A stretch of 64,000 nucleotides of DNA from Octopus sinensis (Eukaryota), in the NCBI RefSeq assembly GCF_006345805.1, contig NC_043017.1, forward strand, positions 33,666,001-33,730,000, given 5' to 3'. A program made the position numbers and the translations under genes. Below, piece by piece: positions 1 through 11,986 of this stretch. The number at the start of each line of letters is the position of its first letter. Positions within the stretch are counted from its first letter, which is position 1. The notes under the pieces were generated by a model. The model was given only the letters and a program-made list of their open reading frames with translations, was not told the DNA's origin and made no database searches.

Positions 1-1983
1 GTCTGTGGCCTTCTTCAGCCGCGCACAACAGCTTCCACAAGGACATGTGTTACATCAAAAATTCTTGGTTGGGGATGCAAATCCTCTCATTCACGTACGA
101 CATAATGCGGCAGCAGCATAGAATTGAAGCGTCCATATCTTTCTTCCCTCAATGTAGAATGAGGAAAATTGGATGTTGAGGTAATGTAAATAAATAAATA
201 CATATATAGAGGTGAAGATGGAGGGGCGAGAGTTCGGGACGAGGGATAAAAAATGTATAAAAAGTGTAAGTATAGAATAATATAAAAATGTAGAGGATAA
301 AGATATAAAGAGTTGTAAGGAGATGTAAAGGGGGTATAAAGAAATATAAAGAAATATAAATAAATGTAAAGGCATAAGGTTATAAAGTAAAAATAGAAAT
401 AGAAATAAAAATAAAAAAACCTGATAAAACCATGATAAAAGTGTAAAAGAATGTAAAGATAAGGGATGTATAGAGGTTACGGACCAAGCATGGTGGTCAG
501 GGGGTTGATAAAATTTAGTTGTAGAATTGTCAGTAAATCAACAGTTTCGTCTGGGGACTTAATGCGTTGTAAATCAGAGCTGATGAGCATTTAATCTGGT
601 TCCTTGAATTAAATGGACTTCTAGTACATACATATCATCATGGATACATACACCCACATACACGCGTACATATACGCCTCCAAGCCTATAAGCATACACA
701 CGCACTCGCGCGTAAACACGTACATAAACACACACGCACCCACACGCACGTGCGTACACACACATACATACAACAGAATATCCGCATATATACACGGACA
801 TTACGCGCGTACACGCTCACATGTATATACGCGCGCCCATCACTACATACACACACGTATATGCCCACGCCTCTAGGTCCAGGTATAAGATATTAAAGGA
901 TGTGTATAAGAACGTAAGTAAAGAATCCCGTACTCATGTCAACATGCGCACGCACACACGGCTGTGTGTCCGTATGTGCGTGCACATATACACTCATATA
1001 CACACACAGAGAGACACACGCGCACACGGGTATAGCTATAAGATATCGAAGTATGCATGTACATATATGCGCGTGCATATGTATGTGTGCGTACACACAC
1101 GTACGCGGACGCTCGTATATTCAAAAGGTGGATCCATAGGTAAGTAAATAAACATATATAGAGGTGTAAAGCGATAAGTTAGGGGTAAGAATGAGGGTAA
1201 GGGTAAAGATTAGAAATAAAAAATACAGCATAAAATAAGAAATACAATGTAATAGTTAGAAATGAAGTATAAGAATTATAAAAATTATAAGAGTTAAGGT
1301 AAGGTATGAAAATGAAAATGAGAATAAATGGAAGTAGAATAAAAGTAAAAATAAAATTAAAAATAAAAATAAATGGAAGTAGGATAAAAGTAAAAATAAA
1401 AGTAAAAATAAAAATAAAATAAAATAAGATAAAATAAGATAAAATAAGATAAAATAAAATAAAATAAAATAAAATAAAATAAAATAAGATAAAATAAAAT
1501 AAAATAAAATAAAATAAAATAAAAAAAGATAAAAATATAATTTTGTAAAGTATAACATGAGATGAAGGTGGTTGAAAGTTAGAGGTGTGTGTTAAACGTA
1601 GGGGCGGGCGGGGGGAACTGAAAATTGGAAGGGTGGGAAGTGGAGTTTGGCGGTGTGCGTTCAACATCTGAGTTAGAAATGTGAAAGGGTATAGATGTAG
1701 GGAATTAAAGAGACTACATAGGGAGGATATGGGTGTAGGAGAAGAAATATTTAGGGAAAAGAAGTCATATATGGGAGACAAAATTTGTATATATAGGGGG
1801 AAAATGCAGGGAACCGTATATGCACATACACACACCCACACACACACACACACACACACGCACATGTATATATATATGTATGTGTACACATACGTACACG
1901 TATGTGCACATACATACGCACACACACACACACACACATACACACGCACATATAGGAAAGCGGGATGTGCTGGAGTCGACAGG

Positions 1984-2393
1984 TTGCACCGGGTGCCCGC
2001 TGCAGGGCGCATGTAGGGCGAAAAACGTAATATACTCATGTGAGGTGAGTACTCAGTTTAACACACTCACCTATATTGGTTGCTCAACCTCCTGGAAATC
2101 CAGATACTACAAACACGGTCCTCGCTGAGACACAGACATAAGGCTAACAGCACCTCCCTCTCTAAAAGAATTTGGGAATTAAAAGACAAATGCATAGACT
2201 TCAAACTCAGATGGTCATCATCGGATCAGCTGCACCTTATTTAAATAATAGAGCAGGATGCCAACTATGCTGTGTAGAACTCCTGAACATCTTGAAATTC
2301 AAAGACAAACACAATCTTATTAACAAAAGGTCAGAGTTCAAACCATCCTGTATACATAAACTTATTAATACTTTCAAATACTACAATGCTTAG
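1984..2393 (+). pseudogene. Penelope-like GIY-YIG endonuclease domain, frameshifted fragment
   Basis: Joined frames read CPLQGACRAKNVIYSCEV..TYIGCSTSWKSRYYKH / NSTSLSKRIWELKDKCIDFKLRWS / IIGSAAPY..CQLC..E..NLINKRSEFKPSCIHK. This matches the PLE endonuclease pattern C-x-C..VIY..YIG..R..H..S.LSK.IW.LK..C.LC..NKRSE..C.H. Confidence 0.85.
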
Positions 2394-4401
2394 GTCTTAT
2401 ACCAACTCCCCCATGCAATTTCCTCCCACCCGGTGCAACCTGTCGGCTCCAGCACATCCCGCTTTCCTATATGTGCGTGTGTATGTGTGTGTGTGTGTGC
2501 GTATGTATGTGCACATACGTGTACGTATGTGTACACATACATATATATATACATGTGCGTGTGTGTGTGTGTGTGTGGGTGTGTGTATGTGCATATACGG
2601 TTCCCTGCATTTTCCCCCTATATATACAAATTTTGTCTCCCATATATGACTTCTTTTCCCTAAATATTTCTTCTCCTACACCCATATCCTCCCTATGTAG
2701 TCTCTTTAATTCCCTACATCTATACCCTTTCACATTTCTAACTCAGATGTTGAACGCACACCGCCAAACTCCACTTCCCACCCTTCCAATTTTCAGTTCG
2801 CCCCGCCCGCCCCTACGTTTAACACACACCTCTAACGTTCAACCACCTTCATCTCATGTTAAACTTTACAAAATTATATTTTTATCTTTTTTATTTTATT
2901 TTATTTTATTTTATTTTATTTTATCTTATTTTATTTTATTTTATTTTTATTTTATTTTATTTTATTTTATTTTATTTTATTTTTTTTATTTTATTTTATC
3001 TTATTTTATTTTATTTTATTTTATTTTATTTTTACTTTTATTTTTACTTTTATTTATTTTTATTTTTAATTTATTTTTACTTTTATTCTACTTCCATTTA
3101 TTCTCATTTTCATTTTCATACCTTACCTTAACTCTTGTAATTTTTATAATTCTTATACTTCATTTCTAACTATTACATTGTATTTCTTATTTTACACTGT
3201 ATTTTTTATTTCTAATCTTTACCCTTACCCTCATTCTTACCCCTAACTTATCGCTTTACACCTCTATATATGTTTATTTACTTACCTATGGATCCACCTT
3301 TTGAATATACGAGCGTCCGCGTACGTGTGTGTACGCACACATACATATGCACGCGCATATATGTACATGCATACTTCGATATCTTATAGCTATACCCGTG
3401 TGCGCGTGTGTCTCTCTGTGTGTGTATATGAGTGTATATGTGCACGCACATACGGACACACAGCCGTGTGTGCGTGCGCATGTTGACATGAGTACGGGAT
3501 TCTTTACTTACGTTCTTATACACATCCTTTAATATCTTATACCTGGACCTAGAGGCGTGGGCATATACGTGTGTGTATGTAGTGATGGGCGCGCGTATAT
3601 ACATGTGAGCGTGTACGCGCGTAATGTCCGTGTATATATGCGGATATTCTGTTGTATGTATGTGTGTGTACGCACGTGCGTGTGGGTGCGTGTGTGTTTA
3701 TGTACGTGTTTACGCGCGAGTGCGTGTGTATGCTTATAGGCTTGGAGGCGTATATGTACGCGTGTATGTGGGTGTATGTATCCATGATGATATGTATGTA
3801 CTAGAAGTCCATTTAATTCAAGGAACCAGATTAAATGCTCATCAGCTCTGATTTACAACGCATTAAGTCCCCAGACGAAACTGTTGATTTACTGACAATT
3901 CTACAACTAAATTTTATCAATCCCCTGACCACCATGCTTGGTCCGTAACCTCTATACATCCCTTATCTTTACATCCTTTTACACTTTTATCATGGTTTTA
4001 TCAGGTTTTTTTACTTTTATTTCTATTTCTATTTTTACTTTATAACCTTATGCCTTTACATTTATTTATATTTCTTTATATTTCTTTATACCCCCTTTAC
4101 ATCTCCTTACAACTCTTTATATCTTTATCCTCTACATTTTTATATTATTCTATACTTACACTTTTTATACATTTTTTATCCCTCGTCCCGAACGCTCGCC
4201 CCTCCATCTTCACCTCTATATATGTATTTATTTATTTACATTACCTCAACATCCAATTTTCCTCATTCTACATTGAGAGAAGAAAGAGATGGACGCTTCA
4301 ATTCTATGCTGCTGCCGCATTATGTCGTACGTGAATGAGAGGATTTGCATCCCCAACCAAGAATTTTGATGTAACACATGTCCTTGTGGAAGCTGTTGTG
4401 C

Positions 4402-4479
4402 GCGGCTGAAGAAGGCCACAGACATACATTATGCATTGTTATAAATCTGTCTAATAAAGGCCCGAAACATATGTACCGC
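4402..4479 (+). ncRNA. Type I hammerhead ribozyme with long stem/loop II and palindromic stem III
   Basis: GCGG-CTGAAGA-A-GGCC...GGCC-C-GAAAC-ATAT-GTA-CCGC. Stem I is GCGG/CCGC, the core is canonical, stem III is ACATATGT, and the predicted cut is after A4475. Confidence 0.7.
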
Positions 4480-4586
4480 TGAATCCTTCGCATCATGTTT
4501 TTATTTTATTTTGATCAATTTACTCCACCACCTACACCACCAAACGGTATACACAGGTGCTTATAATTATCAAGTACTCACCCCGA

Positions 4587-4632
<46 letters not shown>

Positions 4633-4637
4633 TATAC

Positions 4638-4779
4638 GTACGACGAGTTTCTTTCAGTTTCCGTCTACCAAATCGACTCAGAAGTCTTTGGTCGGCCCGA
4701 GGCTGTAGTAGAAGACACTTGCCCAAGGTCGTTGGCAAATTGGTAAGCAAGCTACTCTCCAGAGTCACTCCGACGCCTA
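4638..4779 (-). mobile_element. SINE family A, 5' (tRNA-like head) fragment
   Basis: Reverse complement of the ttgggcaagtgtcttctactatagcctcgggccgacc...gaaactgaaagaa block shared with the full copies. Confidence 0.7.
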
Positions 4780-4897
4780 TAGCCACTCATATATATATAC
4801 ATATATATATACATATATATATACATATATATATATATATAGAAATATTAAAATAACTAAGTCTCTCTAAAAGAGAACAGCGGCAGCGTTCCCGGAA

Positions 4898-5334
4898 AAT
4901 AATAGTTATCGCCATACTAATATGGCATTCTTATAAAAATAAGAAAAAAGCTGTCCGCTTATTAACTCCATGAGGCCATCGCCTTAAGTTAGCTATTTGA
5001 TACACAAACTGTATCCATATAACCTTCGAACAAGGGAGGTCAGTCGCTCCACACTACTTGACCGAAACTAGGTAAATAAAACCATCGAACAGAGATTGTC
5101 GGAAGCGACACCTACTGGCTGGCTACGCTGCATTGAAAAGGGGCAATACTCCGAAACGCGTCTGTAGCTGCCGGTCAAGTAGTGTGGAGCGACTGACCTC
5201 CCTTGTTCGAAGGTTATATGGATACAGTTTGTGTATCAAATAGCTAACTTAAGGCGATGGCCTCATGGAGCTAATAAGCGGACAGCTTTTTTCTTATTTT
5301 TATAAGAATGCCATATTAGTATGGCGATAACTAT

Positions 5335-5337
<3 letters not shown>
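4898..5337 (+). mobile_element. Small fold-back element: ~166 bp arms (4898-5064 / 5172-5337) with an HHR in the loop, flanked by (TA)n; probable non-autonomous PLE derivative
   Basis: The arms are reverse complements with one mismatch seen. The loop contains the HHR at 5127-5168. Confidence 0.7.
5127..5168 (+). ncRNA. Minimal type I hammerhead ribozyme, U3-A8 core variant
   Basis: GCTGCA-TTGAAAA-GGGG-caata-CTCC-GAAAC-GC-GTC-TGTAGC. Stem I is 6 bp, stem II is 4 bp, stem III is palindromic ACGCGT, and the cleavage triplet is GUC. Confidence 0.72.
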
Positions 5338-5407
<70 letters not shown>

Positions 5408-5461
5408 GAGAGAGAGCTTGCTTTACAATCACACACTTTACAATCACACACAATGAAGTTT

Positions 5462-5919
5462 GCTTTACAATCACACACTTGTGGGTTCAATCCCACTGCG
5501 TAGCAACTTGAGCAAGTGTCTTCCACTATGGCCCCGGCCCGACCAAAGCTTTGTAAGTGGATTTGGTAGATGGAATTCGAAAGAAGCTCACCATGCATGT
5601 TTGTTACTGTTGCTGCTTCTATTTTGTATTCTTATAACACTGTTACAGTCTACTCTTCATCTATCGCCGACAATATCAACCGTACTACGATATTGGAGAC
5701 GTAAGGATATAACATCTGGCGACGAGGAGTTTTCGAAGCTCTGGTGGGTTATTTGACAATTTGTGCGATAGACCAAATGTTAAATTATAGAGAACATGGT
5801 TCCGGGATCGGTCACACTGCGTGGCATCTTGGGTTGGGCAACTGTCTTCTAGTATAGCCTCGGGCCGACCAAAGCCTTGTGAATGGATTTGGTAGACGGA
5901 GAATGAAAGAAGCACATCG

Positions 5920-5922
<3 letters not shown>
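5462..5922 (+). mobile_element. Two SINE family A head fragments (~5462-5598 and ~5791-5922)
   Basis: B-box-like ggttcaatcccactgcg and the shared ccgaccaaagc..gatttggtaga block. Confidence 0.65.
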
Positions 5923-5963
<41 letters not shown>

Positions 5964-5964
5964 T

Positions 5965-5970
5965 AGATAG

Positions 5971-6032
<62 letters not shown>
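5965..6032. repeat. (GATA)n microsatellite
   Basis: Direct tandem repeat. Confidence 0.95.
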
Positions 6033-6033
<1 letters not shown>

Positions 6034-6045
6034 GCAATTTAAAAA

Positions 6046-6514
6046 TAGGATAAAATCTGCATAAGAATTTATCAAGTAGTCAGCGTGAAAAAATCCATAA
6101 GAGAAAAAATCCACCAATTTTTTCACCTGAATATATTTATTTATATCATACAGAGGGCATTAATACACTTAAATGCCACACGCTTGGAGGGACTCTTAAA
6201 GTCATAACTACTAAACTAAATTAACATATCGTACCGAATGCATCTCTCGAAGCAAGTCATTTAAAACAGAATTCAGCTGCATATCACCCGTGATTTCGTA
6301 ATCAGAGCAGCGGTGCAAGCATAATTCAAGATTTATAATTGAATGAACACAATCAACATACCAGATGAACAACCATCGTATCCAACGCAGCATATAGAAA
6401 TGTTCACCCCTTATACATCTATGTAAATGGCGGGCTTTTTCGAATTGCATTTCGGTAGGAACGTGCTTATTCGGAATAAAAATTCAGTATTGAATATACT
6501 CCGCTTAAATTTAC
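6046..6514 (-). mobile_element. ~470 bp interspersed repeat (family H), homologous to 18696-19169 and more distantly to the 10171-11319 unit; collapsed HHR-like motif at 6276-6311
   Basis: Long shared blocks with 18696-19169, e.g. catctatgtaaatggcgggctttttcgaattgcatttcg and taaaaattcagtattgaatatactccg. Confidence 0.75.
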
Positions 6515-6665
6515 AATTTAAAAATAGTGCACGGGCATGCTAAACTACCACTTGCCAGAAGCGGATGTAAGTCTTCAAATTTACCTTGTTCTAATTAACT
6601 CATTCTAAATTACTTGTCTTGGTTTTGATTTTTCCTCTAATATATATATATATATATATATACGC

Positions 6666-7067
6666 TTTTACTCTTTTACTCTTTTACTTGTTTCAGTCAT
6701 TTGACTGTGGCCATGCTGGAGCACCACCTTTTAGTCGAGCAAATCGACCCCAGGACCTATTCTTTGTAAGCCTAGTACTTATTCTATCGCTCTCTTTTGC
6801 CGAACCGCTAAGTTACGGGGATGTAAACACAACAGCATCGGTTGTCAAGCGATGTTGGGGGGACAAACACAGACACACAAACAAGCACATACATATATCT
6901 ACATATATACGACGGGCTTCTTTCAGTTTCCGTCTACCAAATCCACTCACAAGGCTTTGGTCAGCCCGAGGCTATAGTAGAAGGCACTTACCCAAGGTGC
7001 CACGCAGTGGGAATGAACCCGGAACCATGTGGTTTGTAAGCAAGCTACTTACCACACAGCCACTTCT
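6666..7067 (-). mobile_element. SINE family A, full-length
   Basis: tRNA-like head (A box tggctgtgtgg, B box ggttcattccc), CORE-like ccttgggtaagt, internal (TA/CA)n and a (ttttactc)n tail. Confidence 0.9.
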
Positions 7068-7522
7068 ATATATATATGTACAAGCGGAATTAGGCAACAT
7101 ACTTGACAATTGTTAAACTACACTTTACTATTACATATTAACAGAATTCCCGTTAATTGGCCAATTACTTATGTCAGTTGCAGAACGAATTACTCAACTT
7201 AGTTCAAAGTTGCAACCGGATATCGCAGAGTTTCTGCGCGTTTATCGAAAGTTAAAACATTCTAAATAAAAAGAGACGCACAGTTGGAAAAAACCAATAA
7301 AATACCGTTACTAGCGCGGATTCCCAATTGATAAATGAGTGCGTGAGTCTATGTGTGTGTGTGTTTATATTCATGTGCCTATGTATGTACGTGTGCGTGT
7401 GTGCACGTGTGGGAGTATGTGTGCGTGTGAACGTGTGTGTGTATGCAGGTATTCATATAAGGACACATGCCCTCAAATATATATATGTACATATACATAT
7501 ATATATATATATATACATATAT

Positions 7523-7569
<47 letters not shown>

Positions 7570-7605
7570 CATATAGATATATATCTATATCCATCTATCT
7601 ATCTA

Positions 7606-7648
<43 letters not shown>

Positions 7649-7997
7649 GTGTGTGTAGAACCTATGATCTGAGCAAACAAAACCTATATTGCCAAAGCTT
7701 CTTTTGCTCCCATGCAAGGTTTTCTGCCAGTAGATTCTCAAGAGGTGTTGTAGAATCACTGACAGTTTGACAGAGTAGGTTGCAAATCAATAGCTGTTTT
7801 TAAAGGCAGTGCCAATGTTATGTCAAGATACTTGATAGTAATCAATGAGTGTTACTTAAAAGTAGATGACTCTTGCTGTTAAATGTGTCTGTCGGCGGCG
7901 GTAGCAGTCATACCGCTGGTTGCTGGGTGTTTTGGGGGCTGATGGCAAGCGAAGCTGGTGAAGCCGAACTTGATGTTGATGGACGTGCCACAAAACA

Positions 7998-8700
7998 ATG
8001 ACGATGACGATGATGACGACGACGACGATGATGACGATGAAAGTGATGATGATGATGATGATGATGATGATGGTAACGACGATGATGATGATGATGTTGA
8101 TGAAAATGATGACGATGATGATGATGATGAAAATGAGGATGACGATGATGACGATGATGATGATGATGATGATGTTGGTGGTGGTGGTGGTGGTGGTGGT
8201 GATGGTGATTATGATGATTATGATAATGAAAATGATAATGACGATGATGATGACGATGATGACGATGATGATGATGAAATGATGATGATGATGATGATGA
8301 TGACGATGATTATGATGATCAAAATGATGATGATGATGATCAAAATGATGATGATGATGACGATGATGATGATGATAGTGGTGGTGGTGGTGATGATTAT
8401 GGTGATCGTGTTTTGATGGCGGTGATGGTGTTAGTGATCGTAGTGTGATAGTGATGGCGATTGTAATGTTAGTGTCAGTAGTTCTACCGATACCACCGTA
8501 ATGGCGTTGCTTAGTGCCGATGCCGATGCTGATGGTAGTGGTGATGCTAAACTTTGATAGTTGATAGCGACTGTATTAGTGTGGCAAATGATGGAAAATG
8601 ATGAAGATGATGAAGATGATAATGGTGATCGGTGCAGTGATTGCAGAAGTGCTGCTTCTGACACTGATGTAGTGAACTCGACCAACGATGATGTAACTCT
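7998..8700. repeat. Compound (GAT)n/(GAC)n/(GGT)n trinucleotide tract
   Basis: Direct tandem trinucleotide repeats that degenerate toward the right. Confidence 0.9.
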
Positions 8701-8844
8701 TACTTTTTTCGCGCTTTTTTTTTCTTGATTTCTTTTAGTTACATTTCTTGTCAGCGTGTTTGTCGCTGATGTCGTGGTTGCCGTCTCGTTAGCTTCGTCA
8801 TCACCATCGTTACTGTTATTGTTTATATTGTACTTTTACTTCCT

Positions 8845-8883
8845 CTTTTCTTCTTCTTCTTCTTCTTCTTATTATTATTATTA

Positions 8884-8926
<43 letters not shown>

Positions 8927-8977
8927 CATCATTATTATGAGCATTACTACAACTACTACTACTACTACTACTACTAC

Positions 8978-9024
<47 letters not shown>

Positions 9025-9160
9025 GTACAATAATGATAATAATAATAACAAAACACAACAAAAACAACAACAACTACAAGAAGAAGAAGAAGAAGAAGAA
9101 GAAGAAGAAGAAGAAGAAGAAGAAGAAGAAGAAGAAGAAGAAGAAGAAGAAGAAGAAGAG
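8845..9160. repeat. Compound (TTC)n/(TTA)n/(CTA)n/(TAA)n/(AAG)n tract
   Basis: Direct tandem repeats. Confidence 0.95.
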
Positions 9161-9830
9161 CACAACTTAGCGATCTTGCACAAGAGAAATAGAGACACGG
9201 TTCAAAATGGAAATATTTTCTGAAATCCTATTCCGACATCGTAGAATACTTCTGATAATAATTGTCTTTCAGATGCAGAATTATTTTATTTTTTAATGTT
9301 TCCATAAAATCTCTATTTGTTTTGAAAGAAATTGCTGTCAATCTTTGCATTGGTGGTGGTGGTGGTGGTGGCAGTCAATGTCATGATACTAAACGTATAG
9401 TAAAATTATTGTATCGTTATAAAGTCTATATTTACACTTCATATTATTTTGTCATATCACTTTTACAATTATCTAAACTTCTGTAACTACCTATGAAGCC
9501 CGTTCGCCCGTTCGCTTGTTACCTAGCTGTCTCTCTGACTGACTGTCTGTATGTCTGTATCTATCATTCTATATACAAACAAGTTCGTTTTCATCTTACA
9601 AGCAAATTTTACGAAATAAAAAACCTCTGACTGACGTAAAACAACACCTGTCTCTTTGTAGTATGCTCATCTCTCTCTCTCTCTCACTCTCTCTTTCTCT
9701 CTCTCTCCATATATATATATGTACATATATATATGCATATATATATGCACATATACATACATATATGTACATACATATATATTTCCTGTTGTTTACGTTT
9801 TATGACGTCCTGTGCCCATATATGCATATA

Positions 9831-10035
9831 CTCTTTTACTTGTTACAGTCATTTGACTGTGGTCATGTTGGAGCACCGCCTTTAGTCGAGCAAATCGACC
9901 CCAGGACTTATTCTTTGTAAGCCTAGTACTTATTCTATAGGTCTCATTTGCCGAACCGCCAAGTTACGGAGACGTAAACACACCAGCATCTGTTGTCAAG
10001 CGATGTTGGACAAACACACAGACGCACAAACATAT

Positions 10036-10045
<10 letters not shown>
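9831..10045 (-). mobile_element. SINE family A, 3' half
   Basis: cttttacttg..cagtcatttgactgtgg..gagcaaatcgaccccagg tail block. Confidence 0.85.
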
Positions 10046-10104
<59 letters not shown>

Positions 10105-10370
10105 ATATGCATATATACATACATATATCTACATACCTACAGCTAATATCTATATATATATATATATATATAAAAACCTCATAAGAGAAAAAATTTCGAA
10201 AATAATTATTTCTTATTGAACATATTAATTTATATATAGAGGGCACTATACATGCCAGGAGGCATTATACATACATGCCAAACGCTAAGAGGACAATCAG
10301 TCATTTCTAAAACCAAAATATTACTAACCCACCGAATGCAATTTTTCAAAGTAAGACATTTAAAAATATA

Positions 10371-10416
10371 GACCTGTATCACAGTGATTTCATACTTACG
10401 TAATCATCAGCAGGCC
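10371..10416 (-). ncRNA. Type I hammerhead ribozyme (inverted copy of 11004-11049)
   Basis: Reverse complement of 11004-11049. Confidence 0.75.
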
Positions 10417-11003
10417 TGAATGTATTATAAATAAACAACGACCCTGCCTCGCTTAAGCCGATCAGCTAACTGATCAACATCAACGAAGCACATGGGTGAG
10501 TTTATATATATTACATCCGGGTAAATGGCAAACTTTTACGAATTGCATTTCGGGAGAGGAAAAGTTTTTTCGGAATAAAAATTTAGCAATTAAGGACAAC
10601 TACTTAATAAGGAAAACTTAACAAGAAATTGTCAGGTAGATAGCGTAAAAACCTCATAAGAGAAAAAATTTCGAAAATAATTATTTCTTATTGAACATAT
10701 TAATTTATATATAGAGGGCACTATACATGCCAGGAGGCATTATACATACATGCCAAACCTCTTATGAGGTTTTTACGCTATCTACCTGACAATTTCTTGT
10801 TAAGTTTTCCTTATTAAGTAGTTGTCCTTAATTGCTAAATTTTTATTCCGAAAAAACGTTTCCTTCCCGAAATGCAATTCGTAAAAGTTTGCCATTTACC
10901 CGGATGTAATATATATAAACTCACCCATGTGCTTCGTTGATGTTGATCAGTTAGCTGATCGGCTTAAGCGAGGCAGGGTCGTTGTTTATTTATAATACAT
11001 TCA

Positions 11004-11049
11004 GGCCTGCTGATGATTACGTAAGTATGAAATCACTGTGATACAGGTC
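11004..11049 (+). ncRNA. Type I hammerhead ribozyme
   Basis: GGCCTG-CTGATGA-T-TAC-gtaa-GTA-T-GAAA-TCAC-t-GTGA-TA-CAGGTC. Stem I is 6 bp, loop II is GNRA (GUAA) with U.U at the base of stem II, stem III is near-palindromic, and the triplet is AUA. Confidence 0.75.
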
Positions 11050-11312
11050 TATATTTTTAAATGTCTTACTTTGAAAAATTGCATTCGGTGGGATTAGTAA
11101 TATTTTTGGTAGAAATGACTGATTGTCCCTCTTAGCGTTTGGCATGTATGTATAATGCCTCCTGGCATGTATAGTGCCCTCTATATATAAATTAATATGT
11201 TCAATAAGAAATAATTATTTTCGAAATTTTTTCTCTTATGAGGTTTTTACGCTATCTACCTGACAATTTCTTGTTAAGTTTTCCTTATTAAGTAGTTGTC
11301 CTTAATTGCTAA

Positions 11313-11344
<32 letters not shown>

Positions 11345-11350
<6 letters not shown>

Positions 11351-11730
11351 GCATATATGGGTACATGACATTAAAAAACCTTGAACACAATGAGAAACGA
11401 AAACATAACAAAAACATGGAAACTAACAATTTTTCAAACAACGTAAAAACAGAGTACAAGACATACAACACAAGGAATATTCCCCTTCTTCAGTTGTCCC
11501 TGTTTCGTCTACTCCGCGTTCGAAGGTAAAGACAAGACGCGACTTTGCTGAAGCAGTCCTTCCCGCAAAGCAAATTAAATAAAATTTGGTATTTTTTGCG
11601 GAGGGGTAAAAGTGGTAACAAGAACAGGACAGTAAAAACAATAAAAGTAAAAACTGTAAAAGACAGAACAAAGAGAATAACTGTTCCTGCTCAAAGATAA
11701 ACAGGTACGCTTGAGAGTAAAACACTTTTC
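11345..11730 (-). repeat. Unclassified interspersed repeat (family D), related to ~44690-44850 (-) and ~45900-46500 (+)
   Basis: Shared gacaRctgaWgaRgRgg..ttYYttKtgt..tcYtgtac block; translated similarity EGEYSLCCMSCT vs EGDFSLCSMSCT. Confidence 0.55.
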
Positions 11731-11986
11731 TTTTTAAGATGGTTATTGATAGATTTATTGCCTTTTCATTGTGTTACAGTCAATATGCAAATATCCCATG
11801 CAATAAACGTGGATACGCTGCTTTCAAGTAGTAGAAAATTCACGTTGGTTTTGTTGTGCTTGTTCTCGTTGTTTATCTAAAAGCCAGCAGCAACATAGCC
11901 TTGGCATCTAAGATAATATTCGTCAATGCCTATATTTTTTAAAGCGATGACTCTAAATGGCAGCTGTTTCGTACAATTTCGTACAA

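Larger units (their letters stand above)
1..4479 (+). mobile_element. 5'-truncated Penelope-like retroelement with inverted pseudo-LTR: inverted arm 1-1995, endonuclease fragment, sense arm 2427-4423 and beyond; left end runs off the window
   Basis: 1-1995 is the reverse complement of 2427-4423, shown by mirrored ORF pairs such as 91..375/4050..4334 and 821..1147/3278..3604. The spacer encodes a GIY-YIG C-terminus, and an HHR lies at 4402-4479. Confidence 0.85.
10171..11319 (+). mobile_element. Retrozyme/PLE-like non-coding element: 475 bp unit, more than one copy inverted (10171-10758) joined to more than one copy sense (10759-11319), flanked by (TA)n
   Basis: taaaaacctcataagag recurs at 10171 and 10646 (period 475). 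From 10759 the sequence is the reverse complement and runs through the unit junction. Each arm carries the HHR. Confidence 0.8.

Noticed and set aside
574-640. CTGATGAG followed by a CATTTAAT/ATTAAATG hairpin (mirrored near 3800-3845)
   Set aside because: No GAAA follows the hairpin, and it is antisense to the PLE ORF; not a complete hammerhead.
640-3851. Many 60-286 aa ORFs rich in H/T/Y/I or C/V, and similar ORFs throughout the window
   Set aside because: They are translations of (CA)n, (TA)n, (GATA)n and (TTTTA)n microsatellites.
7958-8416. 152 aa poly-Asp/Gly/Met ORF
   Set aside because: It is a pure trinucleotide tract with no splice or domain evidence.
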